From: Nitrospira sp.
Lineage (GTDB): Bacteria; Nitrospirota; Nitrospiria; Nitrospirales; Nitrospiraceae
DNA: 64,000 nucleotides
Reading direction: 5' to 3'
Assembly (NCBI GenBank): GCA_047150005.1
Contig: AP038806.1
Coordinates: 3,712,001-3,776,000, forward strand
The notes beneath the pieces were generated by a model. That model ran no database searches. It was given only the letters and a program-made list of their open reading frames with translations, and was not told the DNA's origin. Numbering within the stretch: position 1 is the stretch's first letter; each line of letters begins with the position of its first letter. Of the stretch, positions 54,577-62,686 are shown piece after piece. The position numbers were made by a program, and so were the translations under genes.

Positions 54577-57264
54577 TCATCTTTCCCAGGGCGCCTGCTC
54601 GTCCGTCCCCAGCCCCAGATCCTGCACGGCCCGCCGGACCGTCTCAGCTGCGACCGTTCCGTCCCGTTGATGCAGGGCGTACAACGTCGCGACCACCAGA
54701 TGTTCGGCGTCGATTTCGAAAAACCGGCGCAGCGCCTTTCGCTGGTCGCTCCGCCCGAACCCATCGGTGCCCAGTGCAAGGAGGCCGCCGGTAATCCACG
54801 GCGCGATCTGCTGGCTGACCAAACGAACGTAGTCGCTGACGGCGACACAGGGGCCGTCGAGTCCCTGCACCGTCTTCTGAAGATAACTGACGCGCGGTGG
54901 TTCCTCCGGATGCAACATGTTCCAGCGCTCGGCCTCGAGTGTCCGGACGCGCAACGTCTTGTAACTCGTCACGCTCCACACATCGGCCGCCACGCCGTAG
55001 CGTTGCAGCAACAGGTCTTGCGCCCGCAACGCTTCGTTCACCAGCGGGCCGCTCGCCAGCAGATGCGCCCGATGCTTGGCGCGGTTCGGCGCCGGCCGGA
55101 AACAATACATCCCTTCGCGGATCCCTTCTTCCGCACCGGGCGGCATCGGGGGCATCGGATACGGCTCGTTGTAGAGCGTGATGTAATAGGACAACTCTTC
55201 CTGATGCTGGTACATGCGCGCCATGCCGTCCTGCAGAATGACCGCGAGCTCGAACATGAAGGCCGGATCGTAGGCCGCGATCGTCGGAAACGCGCTCGCC
55301 AGCAGATGACTCTGCCCGTCCTGGTGCTGCAGCCCTTCGCCTTCCAACGTCGTGCGGCCTGCCGTCGCGCCCAGGAGGAAGCCGCGCGTCCGCATGTCGG
55401 AGGCGGCCCAGATCAGATCGCCGACCCGTTGAAAACCGAACATCGAGTAGAAAATGTAGAACGGGATCGTGTTGACCGCATGGGTCGCGTAGGCGGTGCC
55501 CGCGGCAATGTAGGAGCACATCGCGCCGGCTTCAGTGATGCCCTCTTCCAGAATCTGTCCGTTCTTCGCTTCGAAATAATAGAGCAGCGAACTCTTGTCG
55601 ACCGGGTCATAGAGCTGGCCGAGGTGGGAATAGATGCCGTATTGCCGAAACAGCGCTTCGAGGCCGAACGTGCGCGCTTCGTCGGGAATGATCGGCACCA
55701 GATGCTTCCCGAAATCTTTGAGACCGAGCAGACGGCCCAACATGCGGGCAAATCCCATCGTCGTCGAGACAGAACGATCGCCCGATCCCTCGACGAATTC
55801 CTTGAACTGGTCCAGCGACGGGGTCCGGAGGGCTTCGACCTTGACGCGCCGTTCCGGGATCGGCCCGCCCATGGCCTTGCGCCGCTCGACGAGATAGGCC
55901 GCCTCCGGACTGCCAGCCGGAGGCCGGAAGAAGGGCGTGGACTCCAGTTGCTCGTCCGACACCGGGACGCTGAAGCGCGTGCGGAACTCGCGCAACTCCT
56001 GCTCGTTCATCTTTTTCTGCTGATGGGTGACGTTGCGCCCCTCGCCGGCTTCGCCCAGTCCATAGCCTTTGATCGTTTTGGCCAGGATCACGGTGGGTTG
56101 CCCCTTGTGCTCGACCGCAGCTTTGTAGGCGGCGTAGACTTTTTGCGGATCGTGGCCCCCGCGCAGCATCTTGTGAATCTGCTCGTCCGAATAAGTCTCC
56201 ACCATCTTGAGCAGGCGCGGATCGGCGCCGAAGAAGTGTGTCCTCGCGAACGCGCCCCCTTCGACCGTGTACTTCTGATACCAGCCATCGACGACCTCGC
56301 CCATGCGTTTCACCAACAGGCCTTCGTCGTCCTGCGCCAGCAGCGGATCCCAGTGGCGACCCCAGATCACCTTGATGACATTCCAGCCGGCGCCGCGGAA
56401 GGTGGCTTCCAACTCTTGAATGATTTTCCCGTTGCCGCGCACCGGCCCGTCGAGACGCTGAAGATTGCAGTTGACGACCCAGGTCAGATTGTCCAGGTGC
56501 TCCCGGGAGGCCAGCGTCAGCGCGCCGAGACTTTCCGGCTCATCGGTTTCGCCGTCGCCGACGAAGGCCCACACACGTTGTCGGCTCGTGTCCTTGAGAC
56601 TCCGGTCCTGGAGATACCGGTTGAAGCGCGCCTGATAGATCGACATGATGGGCCCCAGTCCCATCGAGACCGTGGGAAATTCCCAATAATCGGGGAGGAG
56701 CCACGGATGGGGATAGGACGACAGGCCCTGTTCGCCGCCGCTCAGCTCGCGACGGAAGCGATGCAGCGCCTCTTCCGGGAAGCGGCCCTCGACAAACGCG
56801 CGGGCGTAGTTGCCCGGCGCGGCATGGCCCTGAAAATACACCTGGTCGCCTCCGCCCGGCGCGTCCTTCCCGTGTAGAAAGTGGTTGTAGGCTACTTCGT
56901 AGAGGGTGGCCGTCGACGCAAAGGTCGAGATATGCCCGCCGATGCCGGAGTGCTGCTTGTTGGCCTTCACAACCATAGCCATGGCGTTCCAGCGGATGAA
57001 ACTCCGGATCCGTCGTTCGATTTCCAGATTACCGGGATAGGGCGGTTCGTTGGCAGCCGGGATCGTATTGATGTAGGGTGTGTTGAGTGGGGCCGAGACC
57101 CGTGCGCCGCCGGCACCGAGACGGTCGCGGAGCCGTTCGAAGAGGTAGGTCGCGCGCTCCGGGCCGTGCTGCTCCAGCACGTACTCCAGTGAATCCAGCC
57201 ACTCGCGGGTTTCCTCCGGATCGGTATCGGTCTGCGGCGGAGGTGTGCGCTCGTCATTGCTCAT
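54577..57264 (-). CDS. aceE: Pyruvate dehydrogenase E1, homodimeric type
   Basis: DPEETREWLDSL, YFQGH, FPTVSMGLGP, GDGETDEPE (ThDP), LEEGITEAG, GLQHQDG and LGTDGFGRSD motifs. Confidence 0.96.
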   Translation of the reverse strand: MSNDERTPPPQTDTDPEETREWLDSLEYVLEQHGPERATYLFERLRDRLGAGGARVSAPLNTPYINTIPAANEPPYPGNLEIERRIRSFIRWNAMAMVVKANKQHSGIGGHISTFASTATLYEVAYNHFLHGKDAPGGGDQVYFQGHAAPGNYARAFVEGRFPEEALHRFRRELSGGEQGLSSYPHPWLLPDYWEFPTVSMGLGPIMSIYQARFNRYLQDRSLKDTSRQRVWAFVGDGETDEPESLGALTLASREHLDNLTWVVNCNLQRLDGPVRGNGKIIQELEATFRGAGWNVIKVIWGRHWDPLLAQDDEGLLVKRMGEVVDGWYQKYTVEGGAFARTHFFGADPRLLKMVETYSDEQIHKMLRGGHDPQKVYAAYKAAVEHKGQPTVILAKTIKGYGLGEAGEGRNVTHQQKKMNEQELREFRTRFSVPVSDEQLESTPFFRPPAGSPEAAYLVERRKAMGGPIPERRVKVEALRTPSLDQFKEFVEGSGDRSVSTTMGFARMLGRLLGLKDFGKHLVPIIPDEARTFGLEALFRQYGIYSHLGQLYDPVDKSSLLYYFEAKNGQILEEGITEAGAMCSYIAAGTAYATHAVNTIPFYIFYSMFGFQRVGDLIWAASDMRTRGFLLGATAGRTTLEGEGLQHQDGQSHLLASAFPTIAAYDPAFMFELAVILQDGMARMYQHQEELSYYITLYNEPYPMPPMPPGAEEGIREGMYCFRPAPNRAKHRAHLLASGPLVNEALRAQDLLLQRYGVAADVWSVTSYKTLRVRTLEAERWNMLHPEEPPRVSYLQKTVQGLDGPCVAVSDYVRLVSQQIAPWITGGLLALGTDGFGRSDQRKALRRFFEIDAEHLVVATLYALHQRDGTVAAETVRRAVQDLGLGTDEQAPWER

Positions 57265-57544
57265 GCCGTGGCCCTCGATGGTTCAGCGTCATCTTACAGA
57301 GATGGCGGGCGGAGCGCAAAAGTTAACTCGATGGGATGCCCACACGCTTCAATGCCTCAGGATACGTTTGCGGGTCCTGTCGCGTCGAACAGCCCTACCG
57401 TGCTCACAAGACCCGGCCGCCTCACCGCCTCGGCGGCGCGCACAAACGCGATGCTCCTTCTTCGTCGCATCGTGCGCCCCATCCCCCAGTGGGGCCCTTC
57501 CGTTTTCCAAGCTTTTGCATTTTCCCTATCCGGTCCCCATCTTA

Positions 57545-57619
57545 ACTCGAAACTCGCAATCCGAAACTCAGCACTCAGCACTTCCCAGGAGCACCCAGCA
57601 CTCAGGACCCAGCACTTCC
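57545..57619 (+). repeat. Heptamer tandem repeat tract (ACTCGAA to ACTCAGC types)
   Basis: ACTCGAA ACTCGCA ATCCGAA ACTCAGC ACTCAGC ACTTCC...ACCCAGC ACTCAGG ACCCAGC ACTTCC. Confidence 0.85.
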
Positions 57620-57623
57620 GAGA

Positions 57624-57656
57624 GTGACCTTCCCTGTCACAGTCCTCCATTAGGCT
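57624..57656 (+). promoter_or_regulatory. Candidate WYL-activated promoter, copy 2
   Basis: Identical dyad GTGACCTTCCCTGTCAC (57624-57640); TGTCAC-N10-TAGGCT. Confidence 0.65.
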
Positions 57657-57692
57657 GACCGCTATAGGCCAACCACATTCATGGAGGATCTC

Positions 57693-58310
57693 ATGAACCA
57701 TCAACAGAACGGCCAAGCGAACGGCACACCTCAGCCGCTCTACGTCACGCTCATTCTGGACGAGACCGGCTCGATGCAGTCGTGCAAGGGTTCAGCCATT
57801 GCGGGCTTCAACCAATACCTCGCCTCACTCAAAAAGGAACCGGCAGAAACCCGGTTCACGCTCACGCTCTTCAATTCGAAGAAGACGGAAGTCCGCTATA
57901 ACGCCGTACCGGTGGGGCAGGTGAGCGACCTCGACGTGGAGACCTATCGTCCCGACGAAACCACGCCGCTCTACGACGCGATCGGCCGGACGTTGTCCAT
58001 CGCCAAGCAGGAAGCGCCGAACGACGCGAAGAAACTCTGCGTCATTCTCACGGACGGGCTGGAGAACGCCTCGCGGGAATATACCCGCCTGCAGATCTTC
58101 GGCATGATCAAGTTATTCGAGCAGGACGGCTGGAAGTTCCTGTACCTCGGCGCCGATCACGACGTGTGGGCGGCAGGGGAATCACTCGGCATTCCGGACG
58201 ACGGTCGAGTGTCCTTCTGCAAGCGTGAAGTAGAAGACACGTTTCAAAGTTTGTCCGAGGCCACCTTCCTCTACCGCCGAAGCGACGAGACCAAGCAGAG
58301 GCCATCATGA
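57693..58310 (+). CDS. vWA domain protein
   Basis: LILDETGSM (MIDAS-like), TPLYDAIG, ILTDGLENAS and FLYLGA motifs. GGAGGA precedes ATG 57693; ATG 57681 is an alternative start. Confidence 0.88.
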   Translation: MNHQQNGQANGTPQPLYVTLILDETGSMQSCKGSAIAGFNQYLASLKKEPAETRFTLTLFNSKKTEVRYNAVPVGQVSDLDVETYRPDETTPLYDAIGRTLSIAKQEAPNDAKKLCVILTDGLENASREYTRLQIFGMIKLFEQDGWKFLYLGADHDVWAAGESLGIPDDGRVSFCKREVEDTFQSLSEATFLYRRSDETKQRPS

Positions 58311-58317
58311 GGCTGGC

Positions 58318-58443
58318 CATCCGGCGAATATCTACGCGCCGGACAACCCGCTCAACCCGGCCAACCGGTATCACCCGGAGAACCCGTTGAATCCAGCCAA
58401 CCACTACAATCCCAGCACGCCCTTCGCGCCGCTTGGCAGATGA
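58318..58443 (+). pseudogene. Start-less 3' fragment of an NPLNPAN-repeat protein gene
   Basis: The frame reads HPANIYAPDNPLNPANRYHPENPLNPANHYNPSTPFAPLGR* and has no nearby in-frame start. Confidence 0.6.
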
Positions 58444-58504
58444 GAAGGAAGTTGAAATGGAGGGTCAGACGGATCGGAGGCTATTGTAGAAGAAATCCAG
58501 GATG

Positions 58505-59422
58505 CTACTCGAGACGGCGAACGCGTTGTTCAAGGCGTTCAACTCGGTCCTGCAGTTGACTGTGAGATAGCTGGATGACGGCACGTGTTTCTCTGAACTG
58601 CTCATCCATATGAGCACGTTCCTCAGCATGCCGCTGACTCAGATGCAGTTGAAACCCTTCGGCGACCAGTTGAAGCTCATGCCTGAGCCCTTCCGTGAGA
58701 ACGCCCGTATGACGTCTCGCATCGGCGATATCATCTCGAAGCGATGCAGTCGCCTGTTGAAGCTCTCCCCGGAGGCCTCCAGTGAGATCCTCCGCATGGT
58801 GCCGCGCATCCGCAATATCGGCCCGCAGCGAGTCGGCAACCACGTGGAGTTCTTCCCTGAGGACACCTGTGCCTCGCCTGGCATCCGCAATATCGGCCCG
58901 CAGTTCTAGCCTCAGTTCGTTTGATAGAGTCTCGCTATGACGCCAAGCCTCGGCGATATCCGCCTTTAACTCTTGCCGGAGTTCATTGGACAGGACCTCA
59001 CTGTGCTGCCGAGCCTCGGCGATATCCGCCTTTAACTCTTGCCGGAGTTCATTGGACAGGACCTCACTGTGCTGCCGAGCCTCGGCGATATCGGCCCGCA
59101 ACTCCTGCCTCAATTCGTTTGAAAGAGTCTCGCTATGGCGCCGAGCCTCAGCGATGTCAGCGCCCAATTCCTGCTTGAGCCCATTGGACAGGACCTCACT
59201 GTGCTGCCGAGCCTCGGCGATGTCCGCTCGCAACTCCTGCCTCAATTCGTTTGAAACAGTCTCGCTATGGCGCCGAGCCTCGGCGATATCCGCCTTCAAC
59301 TCTTGCCGGAGTTCATTGGACAGAACCTCACTGTGCTGCCGAGCATCAGCGATATCGGCCCGCAGCGCCTCGGTCGCCGCGCCGATGATTCCTTGAATTT
59401 GTGTCAGCGATTCCTGGTCCAT
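58505..59422 (-). CDS. Coiled-coil protein with 22-aa tandem repeats (apolipoprotein-like periodicity)
   Basis: Seven 22-aa units L[RK]ADIAEAR[QR]HSE[VT]LSNELRQE plus three degenerate units. ATG at 59422 after GAGG. Confidence 0.8.
   Translation of the reverse strand: MDQESLTQIQGIIGAATEALRADIADARQHSEVLSNELRQELKADIAEARRHSETVSNELRQELRADIAEARQHSEVLSNGLKQELGADIAEARRHSETLSNELRQELRADIAEARQHSEVLSNELRQELKADIAEARQHSEVLSNELRQELKADIAEAWRHSETLSNELRLELRADIADARRGTGVLREELHVVADSLRADIADARHHAEDLTGGLRGELQQATASLRDDIADARRHTGVLTEGLRHELQLVAEGFQLHLSQRHAEERAHMDEQFRETRAVIQLSHSQLQDRVERLEQRVRRLE
58904..59365 (-). repeat. 66-bp coding tandem repeat, 7 copies
   Basis: Near-identical units such as GCCGAGCCTCGGCGATATCCGCCTTTAACTCTTGCCGGAGTTCATTGGACAGGACCTCACTGTGCT. 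Confidence 0.9.
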
Positions 59423-59683
59423 CTGGTCTGCCTCAAGACGCACGAAGTGTAGGCCTCGGCACTTGCGAAGTCAACGTCCGCAACGTCGAAAAGCTGCGCT
59501 GTCACAGTCGAAATACAATCATTTCAGTCGGCAGGGGACTGGCTCCCAGCAATCTAAAAAGCCAAATTCCAAAACTCAAATCACAAAGCTGAAACCAAAG
59601 GTGGGGGACTGGCCTCGATGCAGTCGGTGTCTTGTATCTTTCCTACAGCCTGGTCAATTCACTCGAACGTCCCGTTCTTCTCC

Positions 59684-59709
59684 GTCATTCCCGCGAAAGC
59701 GGGAATGAC
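59684..59709. repeat. Perfect REP/dRS3-like palindrome
   Basis: GTCATTCCCGC-GAAA-GCGGGAATGAC, an 11-bp stem with a GAAA loop, containing ATTCCC-N8-GGGAAT. Confidence 0.8.
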
Positions 59710-59838
59710 CCGATCACCCGAACTCCAGACCTTACTGCCCTGGCTGGGCCGACGCCTTCCGTAACAACCGCCAAGTCACAAATCTGAAATCATAGGATGG
59801 ACAGGGGGCTGCATCAACACGCTATCTTCGAACCGCGC

Positions 59839-60669
59839 CTAGCCTGCGTACTGCCGAGCGAACCTCGTGAGTTCCTGATTGAATCGCTCCGAATCTTCCA
59901 GCTGCGGGCTATGTCCAATTCCCTCAAACACCGATGATTCGGCATGGGGAATACAGGTCAAGAGATGCTTCGTATGAGCGGGCGTGATGACGGCATCCTT
60001 CTCTCCTGCCGTGACCAGGACGGGGACCTTGATTCCCTTCATGACCGTATCGCGGTCGATGGTGCGCGAGATCATCCCCAGACGTGCCGTCGGCGGCACT
60101 ACCATACTGCAGGCAATCAAGATTTCAAAAGCCTCCTGCGGCGGTTGTTTTGCAAAAAGGATTCGTACGAGCTTGCATACCGCTTCGATGTTGTCTTCGA
60201 GATCGACGGAACACATACCAGGCACGACGTTGATGAACTCGCTACCGAGCATAGTTCTTGCGCTCTCTCCACCCATGACCACAGCAGCACAGACGTAATT
60301 GATGCCGCCGATCGCGCCCTCTCCATACTTCGCGAGATAATCATTGATGATATACCCACCATACGACCAGCCCACGAGAAGCGGCTTGCGCAGCAAAAGC
60401 GTGGTGAGGACGGCGTGGATATCGTCGGCCCAAAGGGTTGGTTGGTTGTACAGTTCGGATGCCGTCGGCTTGTCCGACATGCCATGACCGCGAAGATCAA
60501 GGCACACGAGCCGAAACTCTCCAGCCAGAGAGCTTTGGTATTGTTTGAGCCAGGCGAGCGAACATTGGTTGATGCCGGGAATCAGGAGGATCGGCTTGCC
60601 ATTAGACAGGCCGAATTCGTGCACAGCCAATCGGAGTCCACCACCTCCAGTGATGTGTTGTATGGGCAT
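59839..60669 (-). CDS. Alpha/beta hydrolase (non-heme haloperoxidase/arylesterase-like)
   Basis: DLRGHGMS, GWSYGG nucleophile elbow, GEKD and GHSPQLE motifs. Confidence 0.9.
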   Translation of the reverse strand: MPIQHITGGGGLRLAVHEFGLSNGKPILLIPGINQCSLAWLKQYQSSLAGEFRLVCLDLRGHGMSDKPTASELYNQPTLWADDIHAVLTTLLLRKPLLVGWSYGGYIINDYLAKYGEGAIGGINYVCAAVVMGGESARTMLGSEFINVVPGMCSVDLEDNIEAVCKLVRILFAKQPPQEAFEILIACSMVVPPTARLGMISRTIDRDTVMKGIKVPVLVTAGEKDAVITPAHTKHLLTCIPHAESSVFEGIGHSPQLEDSERFNQELTRFARQYAG

Positions 60670-60755
60670 CGGTGTCGAGCCATCAATTGACGAGTGCGGA
60701 TGCTATGCCACGCCTTATGTTGTGTCAAATTCCAAAATCAGAAATTCGAAGCTAC

Positions 60756-60791
60756 AAATCCGAAACCCTAAGATGGAAAACCCAAATACCA
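60756..60791 (+). repeat. 36-bp direct repeat, left of hicBA
   Basis: AAATCCGAAACCCTAAGATGGAAAACCCAAATACCA, with two mismatches to 61409-61444, embedded in AAATCCG/AAATTCG heptamers. Confidence 0.85.
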
Positions 60792-60881
60792 CTTCCCACA
60801 TCGCCGTCAATGCCAGAAGATGATCAGAATCGGACGGGGAACTACTAACCGAACAAAGGACGTCGGGATTGAGAAGGAGGA

Positions 60882-61094
60882 TTAAAGAAGGCTCTTCAAT
60901 TGTTCAATCGAGATGTCGGCGGCGTCGAGGATATGTCGGAGCGTACCGGGCTTGATCGTATGATGGCGCGGAATGATCACCAAATGTTTATCGTCTGTCA
61001 TCGAAATATGTTTGCCCTCACGGAGAACATAAAAACCGACACGCTTCAGGGCTCTCACGATACGCTCATGAGAGACTTGAGGCAATGTGCTCAT
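60882..61094 (-). CDS. hicA: HicA family toxin
   Basis: 70 aa; ALKRVGF..REGKH, IPRH and IKPGTLRHILDAA motifs. ATGA overlap with hicB. Confidence 0.85.
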   Translation of the reverse strand: MSTLPQVSHERIVRALKRVGFYVLREGKHISMTDDKHLVIIPRHHTIKPGTLRHILDAADISIEQLKSLL

Positions 61095-61294
61095 ACACTG
61101 ACTTCCACGGTCCTCATTTTTTTTAATCGTTTCAAGTCCTCGATGCTTTCAAGATACGTCTTGATTGCATCCTTGATATTTTCCAGCGCCTCCTCTTCCG
61201 TTTCGCCTTGGGAGACGCAGCCCTGTAGCGTCGGACAGAAAACTACATATCCTCCGACCTCTGGATCTTGTTCAAGCACGATAGGATATTCCAT
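61091..61294 (-). CDS. hicB: HicB family antitoxin (short form, no DNA-binding domain)
   Basis: GGYVVFCPTLQGCVSQGETEEEALENIKDAI motif. ATG at 61294. Confidence 0.9.
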   Translation of the reverse strand: MEYPIVLEQDPEVGGYVVFCPTLQGCVSQGETEEEALENIKDAIKTYLESIEDLKRLKKMRTVEVSV

Positions 61295-61408
61295 GGACAG
61301 CCTCACAGAGCAGGTAGATAGGCGTGATTATATAGGAGCCTGACTCGGAATCATACCGAGTTCATTAAATGCATCCATTTCCCGAGCAAATCCGAAATTC
61401 GAAATCAG

Positions 61409-61444
61409 AAATCCGAAACCAGAAGATGGAAAACCCAAATACCA
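61409..61444 (+). repeat. 36-bp direct repeat, right of hicBA
   Basis: AAATCCGAAACCAGAAGATGGAAAACCCAAATACCA. Confidence 0.85.
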
Positions 61445-61512
61445 AAACTCAAATCACACAAATCCCCATAGGGACTGCGCTTCCTGACCTTTCTTAATTC
61501 GAAACTCGAAAC

Positions 61513-61668
61513 TCAGCACCCAGCACTTAGCACTCAGCACTTCCCACTGTGTTGCCCCCTAACTCAGCACCCAGCACTCAGGACCCAGCACTTCCAGGCA
61601 TAACGCTCCTTATTCGTCGCGTCGCGGACCTCAGCACTTCCGCTTCATGACAGGTGGAATCTTGCGGA
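61513..61668 (+). repeat. 156-bp direct repeat, left of vapBC
   Basis: Ungapped match to 62531-62686 with roughly a dozen mismatches by eye. Confidence 0.92.
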
Positions 61669-61684
61669 GAATTGAGGTGTGTAG

Positions 61685-61706
61685 TACAGTACCGTCGTAC
61701 ACTGTA
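61685..61706. promoter_or_regulatory. Probable TA operator palindrome
   Basis: TACAGT-ACCGTCGTAC-ACTGTA immediately upstream of the GGAGGT RBS of the RHH antitoxin. Confidence 0.55.
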
Positions 61707-61725
61707 TTTATATGGAGGTGAATGC

Positions 61726-61989
61726 ATGCCACTGACGGTCCGTGTTGATGCCAAGACGGAGCGACTCCTTCAACGACTGGCCCGGAAACGGGGCCGGACC
61801 AAATCGGAAGTGATCCGGGATGCCATCGGCGTACTCGCCAAGCAAGTAGAGACACAGGAAGCGACACAGCGGCCATATGAAAAACTGCGGGATTTAATCG
61901 GCAGTGTGCAAGGCGGGCCGTCTGATCTATCCGGACGAGCAGGGGAGGCGTTTCGCGACATGCTCTCCGCACGCCGTCGTCGGTCCTGA
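61726..61989 (+). CDS. vapB: Ribbon-helix-helix (CopG) antitoxin, VapB-like
   Basis: MPLTVRVD..LQRLARKRGRTKSEVIRDAI and DLIGSV..GPSDLS motifs. Confidence 0.85.
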   Translation: MPLTVRVDAKTERLLQRLARKRGRTKSEVIRDAIGVLAKQVETQEATQRPYEKLRDLIGSVQGGPSDLSGRAGEAFRDMLSARRRRS

Positions 61990-61991
61990 CC

Positions 61992-62399
61992 ATGGTGCTG
62001 GTCGACGCAGGTCCGTTGATCGCCTTGATTCACAGAGACGACGAGCATCATGAGCGGTGTGTGGCCATTCTTCGATCCCTTTCTGAACCACTCGGAACTG
62101 TCTGGCCTGCTCTGACGGAAGCCATGTACCTGTTAAGTTTTTCCTGGAAGGCTCAAGAGGCCCTCTGGGAGATGATCGAACGGGAAGTGGTCAAGCTGCT
62201 CTCCCTCGAACACCACGATGTGTCCCGTATGAGGGAATTGATGAAGAAGTATAAGGACCTTCCGATGGATCTGGCCGATGCGGCACTGGTTGCCGTAGCA
62301 GAGCGTGAGAAGGTGAGACGGATTTTTACCCTGGATCGTCGGGATTTTGCAGTCTATCGGCCTGCCCGGCTGGGTCGATTCATTCTCCTCCCTGGTTAA
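61992..62399 (+). CDS. vapC: PIN domain toxin, VapC-like
   Basis: LVDAGPLIA, LTEA, MDLADAALVAVAE and IFTLDRRDF motifs. Confidence 0.92.
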   Translation: MVLVDAGPLIALIHRDDEHHERCVAILRSLSEPLGTVWPALTEAMYLLSFSWKAQEALWEMIEREVVKLLSLEHHDVSRMRELMKKYKDLPMDLADAALVAVAEREKVRRIFTLDRRDFAVYRPARLGRFILLPG

Positions 62400-62530
62400 C
62401 CTGGCTCATTGTGCACTCGGCGGAGGAAAGCGATCACGAAATAGGGGGAGCACTCTCGCCATCACGCGGGAATTCAAAGACACCATTCTTCGCGACCTCG
62501 TCAACATCGCCGATTCTTCTCTCCGCCAAT

Positions 62531-62686
62531 TCAGCACTCAGGACTTAGCATTCAGCACTTCCCACTGTGTTGCCCCCTAACTCAGCACCGAGCACTCAAC
62601 ACTCAGCACTTCCCAGCGTAACGCTCCTCATTCGTCGCGTCGCGGACCTCAGCACTTCCGCTTCATGACCGGTGGAATCTTGCGGA
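62531..62686 (+). repeat. 156-bp direct repeat, right of vapBC
   Basis: Ungapped match to 61513-61668. Confidence 0.92.

Noticed and set aside
54229..56877. 882-aa plus-strand ORF and other long antisense ORFs (e.g. 4375..6579, 24140..25549, 31613..33274)
   Set aside because: These are shadow ORFs opposite well-supported genes, as expected in high-GC DNA with biased third codon positions.
58904..59365. CRISPR array
   Set aside because: The repeats are contiguous 66-bp in-frame coding units with no unique spacers, and there are no cas genes.
59499..59519. Third copy of the WYL motif (CTGTCACAGTC...TACAAT)
   Set aside because: It shares 11 bp but lacks the left GTGAC half-site, the spacing to the -10-like hexamer is 8 rather than 10, and no gene follows on that strand. 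At most a relic.
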